A DNA stretch of 4,936 nucleotides from a virus. Its lineage: Duplodnaviria > Heunggongvirae > Uroviricota > Caudoviricetes. Positions 1-4,936 of the stretch are shown here, piece by piece. A program made the translations under genes and the position numbers. The notes under the pieces were generated by a model that saw only the letters and a program-made list of their open reading frames with translations, was not told the origin of the DNA and did no database searches. The stretch is taken from IMG/VR virus record IMGVR_UViG_2657245521_000011, positions 1 to 4,936 of that record; one strand, written 5' to 3'. Position 1 is the first letter of the stretch; each line of letters starts with the position of its first letter.

Positions 1-43
1 AGCGCGGGACCATTCACAACACCAGAAGGACTCACTTTCAGGT

Positions 44-118
44 ATGGATCGTAGACGATTTATTAAAGGTTCAATGGCTATGGCCGCCGTGTGCATTACC
101 ACTGACTTGTATTCCTGA
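44..118 (+). pseudogene. opgD: 5' fragment of host opgD/mdoD (glucans biosynthesis protein D): Tat signal-peptide N-terminus only, reading frame broken after codon 17
   Basis: ATG at 44-46 translates to [17 protein letters not shown], a twin-arginine (RRxFIK) signal-peptide start that matches my recollection of E. coli OpgD/MdoD ([21 protein letters not shown]...). From nt 95 the translation becomes ITTDLYS then stop (TGA 116-118) instead of the expected continuation. Identification rests on recalled sequence, not on a search. Confidence 0.5.
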
Positions 119-310
119 AGAGTTATTACCAATCACTTGGCTTATAGAGGATGACTTCTTCTTGTCACTTATTAAGTTGGCTACAGCAGTTAGAAAAGCC
201 CCTAAGCTGACTAAGAAAGCCAGTAGAGAAGCCAGTCCATGATGCTGGTATGCCTGATACCCGAATCCGCATGTTGCAACGAACGAAATTAGACAGATTA
301 ACTTTCTCAC
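71..310 (-). CDS. doubtful hypothetical small protein (79 aa, two hydrophobic stretches); possibly spurious or a truncated remnant
   Basis: ORF from the six-frame track. The start is GTG at 308-310 directly after an in-frame stop, with no convincing Shine-Dalgarno and no internal ATG. The coding strand is T-rich, which can give hydrophobic-looking peptides by chance. The last 8 codons are antisense to the opgD fragment, so the ORF crosses the apparent junction at about nt 95. Confidence 0.2.
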   Translation of the reverse strand: MRKLICLISFVATCGFGYQAYQHHGLASLLAFLVSLGAFLTAVANLISDKKKSSSISQVIGNNSSGIQVSGNAHGGHSH

Positions 311-866
311 GCGTCATATCTCTCTATAGGTTAAATGGCACTAAAAGCAACGCAGGATGTGCTTTGCTCTGAGCACATCATTGATTCATCTTACTAATAT
401 CTATTAATTAAAAGATAAAACTAGGGGGTTTATGGTAAAACAGGACTGGACAGTGCTGCAACACCAGTCTCTCGCCGACTATGCCAAAACGGGTATATCA
501 CCAAAAGAGTGGTGCTAAGCAGGGAGACGGATTAACACATCTGCACGTTTAGGTGAAGAGTGGACTGACCTGATACAGGTATATGATCCTGTTCTAAGCA
601 TTAATTAGTATAATCGATATTCATTCTCATTTGATGGGGCCTGTTATGCGATCCAACCTGTTACGGGGCGGCGACCGTGTGGATTCTCTCTATTTATGAA
701 TATTGTCCACTATTTGCCATTTCCGTTTTTCTCTCCGAGTACAACATGATTTCTATCCAACAAACAGGGCAACGCCGATGCCAGCACGTGCTAAACGTCC
801 ATGCCGACAAGGGACGTGCGGCAATCATAGTCGCATTGCACGCGTATAAATAACAAGGAGGGGGGA

Positions 867-1100
867 ATGCGCCTCACTGTATTAGATGATGATCCCGGCA
901 GGAAGATTGATATCAGAGTAGAGCGGTACACTGTCTATCTTGATGGTGTTGATGTTAAGCGCGCGCTCACTGCTGATGATGAGAAAGGTGAAGTAATCGC
1001 TGTTGCATGTGATGAATATGGCCACGCGACCATAGAGAACGGCGAAGTGAAGAGGCAGATGCTTTACGGCTTAGTGAGGATTGAACGGTGTCCGCACTGA
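867..1100 (+). CDS. hypothetical protein (77 aa), first gene of the HNH/terminase gene string
   Basis: ATG at 867 is preceded by a strong Shine-Dalgarno AAGGAGG (855-861, 5-nt spacer). The stop TGA at 1098-1100 lies 18 nt before the HNH start on the same strand, an operon-like arrangement. The protein is mildly acidic and has no motif I can recognise. Confidence 0.6.
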   Translation: MRLTVLDDDPGRKIDIRVERYTVYLDGVDVKRALTADDEKGEVIAVACDEYGHATIENGEVKRQMLYGLVRIERCPH

Positions 1101-1118
1101 TTTACAGGTAATGGTGGT

Positions 1119-1472
1119 ATGAACAAAGAACCGCGCATCTATGACAGCAGATGGGGTAAAGCCCGCCAGGCATTCCTGCGCGAACATCCTTTATGCATTA
1201 TGTGTCAGGCACTGGGAAGGATTGAGCTGGCGACTGTGGTCGATCATATCACGCCACACAGGTTGAAAGATGCTCTCATAACAGGAAATCCCGCAGATAT
1301 CTCCCGGGCGCAAAAGCTGTTCTGGGACAGAGGAAACTGGCAAGGGTTATGTAAACCCCATCACGACTCAACCAAACAGCGTATGGAAAAGAGCGGGAGA
1401 ATGACTGGCTGTGATGCTGATGGGATCCCGCTTGACCCCGATTCACACTGGAACAGGGGGAGGGGCGGGTAA
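1119..1472 (+). CDS. phage-associated HNH endonuclease
   Basis: 117 aa with CxxC (CIMC), then DHITPH, then N in GNWQGLC, then CKPHH: the Cys/His/Asn arrangement of HNH zinc-finger nucleases. ATG at 1119 with AGGT about 9 nt upstream. It sits immediately upstream of terS, the position where HK97-like phages carry an HNH gene involved in cos cleavage/packaging. Confidence 0.85.
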   Translation: MNKEPRIYDSRWGKARQAFLREHPLCIMCQALGRIELATVVDHITPHRLKDALITGNPADISRAQKLFWDRGNWQGLCKPHHDSTKQRMEKSGRMTGCDADGIPLDPDSHWNRGRGG

Positions 1473-1686
1473 AAACTTAAATACCTTTGCAGTAAATGAC
1501 CCCCGCTTCTCCTTTCTGTGTACAACCGCGAAATGAAAAGTTTTTTTTTGGCTTGTTTTTTGGTTAAAAAACAACCTCGAATTACTTCAGTGTATTGATA
1601 TATAAGAAAATGATGAAAACAGCAAAGCTACTGTATTAAAATACATATGTGATTTAATGCAGTAGTTTTATTGGGAGGTGCCCGGC
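1473..1686. other. AT-rich intergenic region between HNH and terS; candidate cos / packaging-initiation region
   Basis: About 214 bp of non-coding, AT-rich DNA with long T/A runs (T9 at 1541-1549) and an A/T-rich inverted repeat TTGTTTTTT-ggtt-AAAAAACAA (1553-1574). In HK97-like genomes cos lies between the HNH gene and terS. The call is by synteny; the cleavage site itself cannot be identified from sequence. Confidence 0.35.
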
Positions 1687-2151
1687 ATGGCAGGGAGACG
1701 TCCGAAACCGTCCCATCTGAAAGCGGTAACCGGCAACCCAAGCAAGCGAAAACTCAATGACAAAGAGCCGTTGCCCTCACGCGAAATACCGTCGCCGCCC
1801 CCGCACCTGACCGACTGGGGAAAGGTTGCCTGGGGAAAACTGACCGTACTGCTGGATGGGATGGGAGTGATGACGGTAGCTGACGGACTGGCACTGGAGC
1901 GCCTCTGTGATATCTACGCCGATATCCTTCAGTTACGTGACACTGTCGCAGTGGAAGGCAGAACCTATACGGTACAGACAGATGGTGGATTTCTGATAAA
2001 ACCGCATCCTGCTGTCGCCATGCTGGCAGACGCTGACCGCCGTTTTAAAAGTTATCTGGTTGAATTCGGTCTGACCCCGGCCGCCAGAACGAAGGTAAAA
2101 GTTGATGGTGGAGAAAAAGACGAAGATCCGTTCAACCAGTTCTTCGGTTGA
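1687..2151 (+). CDS. phage terminase small subunit, P27 family
   Basis: N-terminus MAGRRPKPSHLKAVTGNPSKR is the characteristic start of P27-family TerS proteins. ATG at 1687 with GGAGG at 1674-1678 (8-nt spacer). The ORF-track start at 1678 is a GTG three codons upstream and is less likely. Stop TGA at 2149-2151. Confidence 0.85.
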   Translation: MAGRRPKPSHLKAVTGNPSKRKLNDKEPLPSREIPSPPPHLTDWGKVAWGKLTVLLDGMGVMTVADGLALERLCDIYADILQLRDTVAVEGRTYTVQTDGGFLIKPHPAVAMLADADRRFKSYLVEFGLTPAARTKVKVDGGEKDEDPFNQFFG

Positions 2152-3840
2152 TCCAGCCACGCAGTATGCAATGGATGTGGGTACCGGTAAGAAAATTGCC
2201 GGACCAGATATTCGTAATGCCTGTAAACGTCATTTGCGCGATCTTGAATTTGGGCATAAGCGCGGCTTGTCATGGGATACAGAAGCAGCACTACGCGCGA
2301 TTGATTTTTTTGCGAAGGTACTGAAGCTTAACGGTGGGGAGTTTGAAGGAGAACCCTTCATTCTGTTGCCCTGGCAGTGCTTTATTGTGGGATCCATTTT
2401 TGGATGGAAACGGCGGAACGGGGCGCGCCGCTTTCGTACCGCTTATGTGGAATCAGGCAAGGGATCAGGTAAATCCCCTCTGGCGGCAGGGGTTGGCCTG
2501 TACTGCATGACTGCGGATAAGGAGCCCAGGGCCGAGGTGTATGCTGCGGCGACGAAAAAAGACCAGGCTATGGTGTTGTTTCGTGATGCGGTGGCGATGG
2601 TGGATCAATCACCGGCGCTGGCACAACGTATCAGCAAATCAGGAGGGGCGGGCAAAGAGTGGAATCTGGCATTTTTGCAGACGGGATCATTTTTCCGCCC
2701 GATTAGTTCTGATGACGGGCAGTCAGGCCCACGACCACATTGTGCCTTGATTGATGAAATCCATGAGCACAAAAGCAACATTGTGGTTGAAATGATGCGG
2801 GCTGGTACAAAAGGCAGGCGTCAGGCGCTGATTTTCATGATAACTAACAGTGGTCATGACAAAACCAGCGTCTGCTATGACTATCACCGGTACGGACAAA
2901 AAGTCGCAGCCGGACAACTGGATAATGATGCATTTTTCTCTTTCATTTGTTCCCTTGATGAAAGAGATGATCCCTTCCAGGATGAATCCTGCTGGCCAAA
3001 AGCGAACCCTTCCATGGGGCATACATTTGAGGACAGTTATTTACGGGAACAGGTTGATGATGCCCGCGGTATTCCGTCCAAAGAGAGCATTGTACGACGC
3101 CTTAATTTCTGTCAGTGGGTTGATGCTGAAAATCCATGGATTAGCAGTGATGCCTGGATGGCATGCGAAAAAAAATTCGATCCTGAAGAGTTCCGGGGGC
3201 AGATTTGTTACGGAGGACTGGATCTTTCCGGCAAAAGAGATCTCACTTCTCTTTCTCTGTATTTCCCTGGAAGCAATGCGTTGCTTACTGAGTTCTGGAC
3301 GCCGCGCGATACACTTTTCGATCGCGCAAGGGTGGATCGTGTTCCTTATGACGTCTGGCTGAAGAAGGGGTATGTACACGCGCCGCCAGGTGCTGCAATT
3401 GATTATGGCTTTGTGGCAAAACGTCTGGCAACACTTGCTGCAATGTTCGACATCCGTAAGGTGGCGTTCGACAGTTACCACATTGATTACCTTTTGCCGG
3501 AACTGGATGATGAAGGTGTAAACATCCCACTGATTCCGCACGGCCAGGGATTCGGCAAGTCCGCCAAATCCGGACTGTGGATGCCGCATTCCATTGAGTT
3601 GTTTGAACAACTCATCATGGATAAAAAAATAAACATCGTACTCAACCCCTGCCTTCGCTGGTGTGCGGCCAATGCCGTTATAGAGGAGGACAAAAGCGGA
3701 AACCGTGTATTCAGCAAGCGTCGCAGCAATGGGCGTATTGATGGCGTGGTGTCCGGTGCCATGGCAATTGGTGTTGCAGGATCCTGTGAAGATGACGGCG
3801 ACGGCGATATCAGTGATTTCTTTAATGACCCCATATTTAT

Positions 3841-3844
<4 letters not shown>
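2105..3844 (+). CDS. phage terminase large subunit (ATPase plus nuclease)
   Basis: 579 aa. Walker A GKGSGKS (nt 2456-2476) and Walker B-like hhhhDE (CALIDEIHE, nt about 2741-2767), followed by a C-terminal region with conserved acidic residues (GGLDLSGKRD) as in terminase nuclease domains. N-terminal YAMDVG...CKRHLRDLE is typical of this family. Preferred start is ATG 2105 (AAGGT at 2092-2096), overlapping terS by 47 nt; alternatives are TTG 2102, GTG 2108 and ATG 2171. Stop TGA at 3842-3844. Confidence 0.9.

Positions 3845-4936
<1,092 letters not shown>

Noticed and set aside
836-850. Promoter-like TTGCAC and TATAAA hexamers just upstream of the 867 ORF
   Set aside because: The two hexamers are only 3 bp apart, and a -10 at 845-850 would put the transcription start inside the Shine-Dalgarno, so this is not a plausible sigma70 promoter for that gene.
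1500-1560. Possible intrinsic terminator after the HNH gene (run of 9 T at 1541-1549)
   Set aside because: No GC-rich stem-loop precedes the T-run, so the T tract is more likely part of the AT-rich cos/intergenic architecture than a rho-independent terminator.
1678-1686. ORF-track start of terS at 1678
   Set aside because: Nt 1678-1680 is GTG and overlaps the Shine-Dalgarno. ATG 1687 gives the canonical MAGRRPKP N-terminus with proper SD spacing, so 1687 is used.
1933-2291. Minus-strand ORFs 1933-2160 and 2052-2291 overlapping terS and the terS/terL junction
   Set aside because: They are antisense to two well-supported phage genes, have no ribosome-binding site and have low-complexity translations; most likely chance ORFs.
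2541-3834. Six ORFs from the track lying inside terL: + strand 2541-2750 and 2850-3362 (other frames), - strand 2723-3022, 3041-3610, 3285-3530, 3487-3834
   Set aside because: All lie entirely within the terL coding region, whose frame carries clear Walker A/B and terminase motifs. They are shadow ORFs with no independent start signals or recognisable motifs.

Overview
This window is the DNA-packaging end of an HK97-like prophage, all on the + strand: a small hypothetical gene (867-1100), an HNH endonuclease (1119-1472), an AT-rich intergenic region that probably holds the cos/packaging site (1473-1686), a P27-family terminase small subunit (1687-2151), a terminase large subunit (2105-3844) and an HK97-family portal gene (3841-4698). 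The portal gene is cut short at about nt 4694 by an IS3-family insertion sequence whose transposase orfB runs on the - strand off the right edge, so the prophage looks defective. At the left edge, nt 44-94 encode what I recognise from memory as the Tat signal-peptide start of the host gene opgD (mdoD); the frame breaks at about nt 95 into AT-rich DNA of unclear origin (95-860) with no confident genes. I found no rRNA, tRNA or CRISPR array, and no convincing novel system (for example a defence system); the most unusual points are the two disruption junctions and the orphan small genes near them. All family assignments come from reading motifs and recalled sequences, not from searches.
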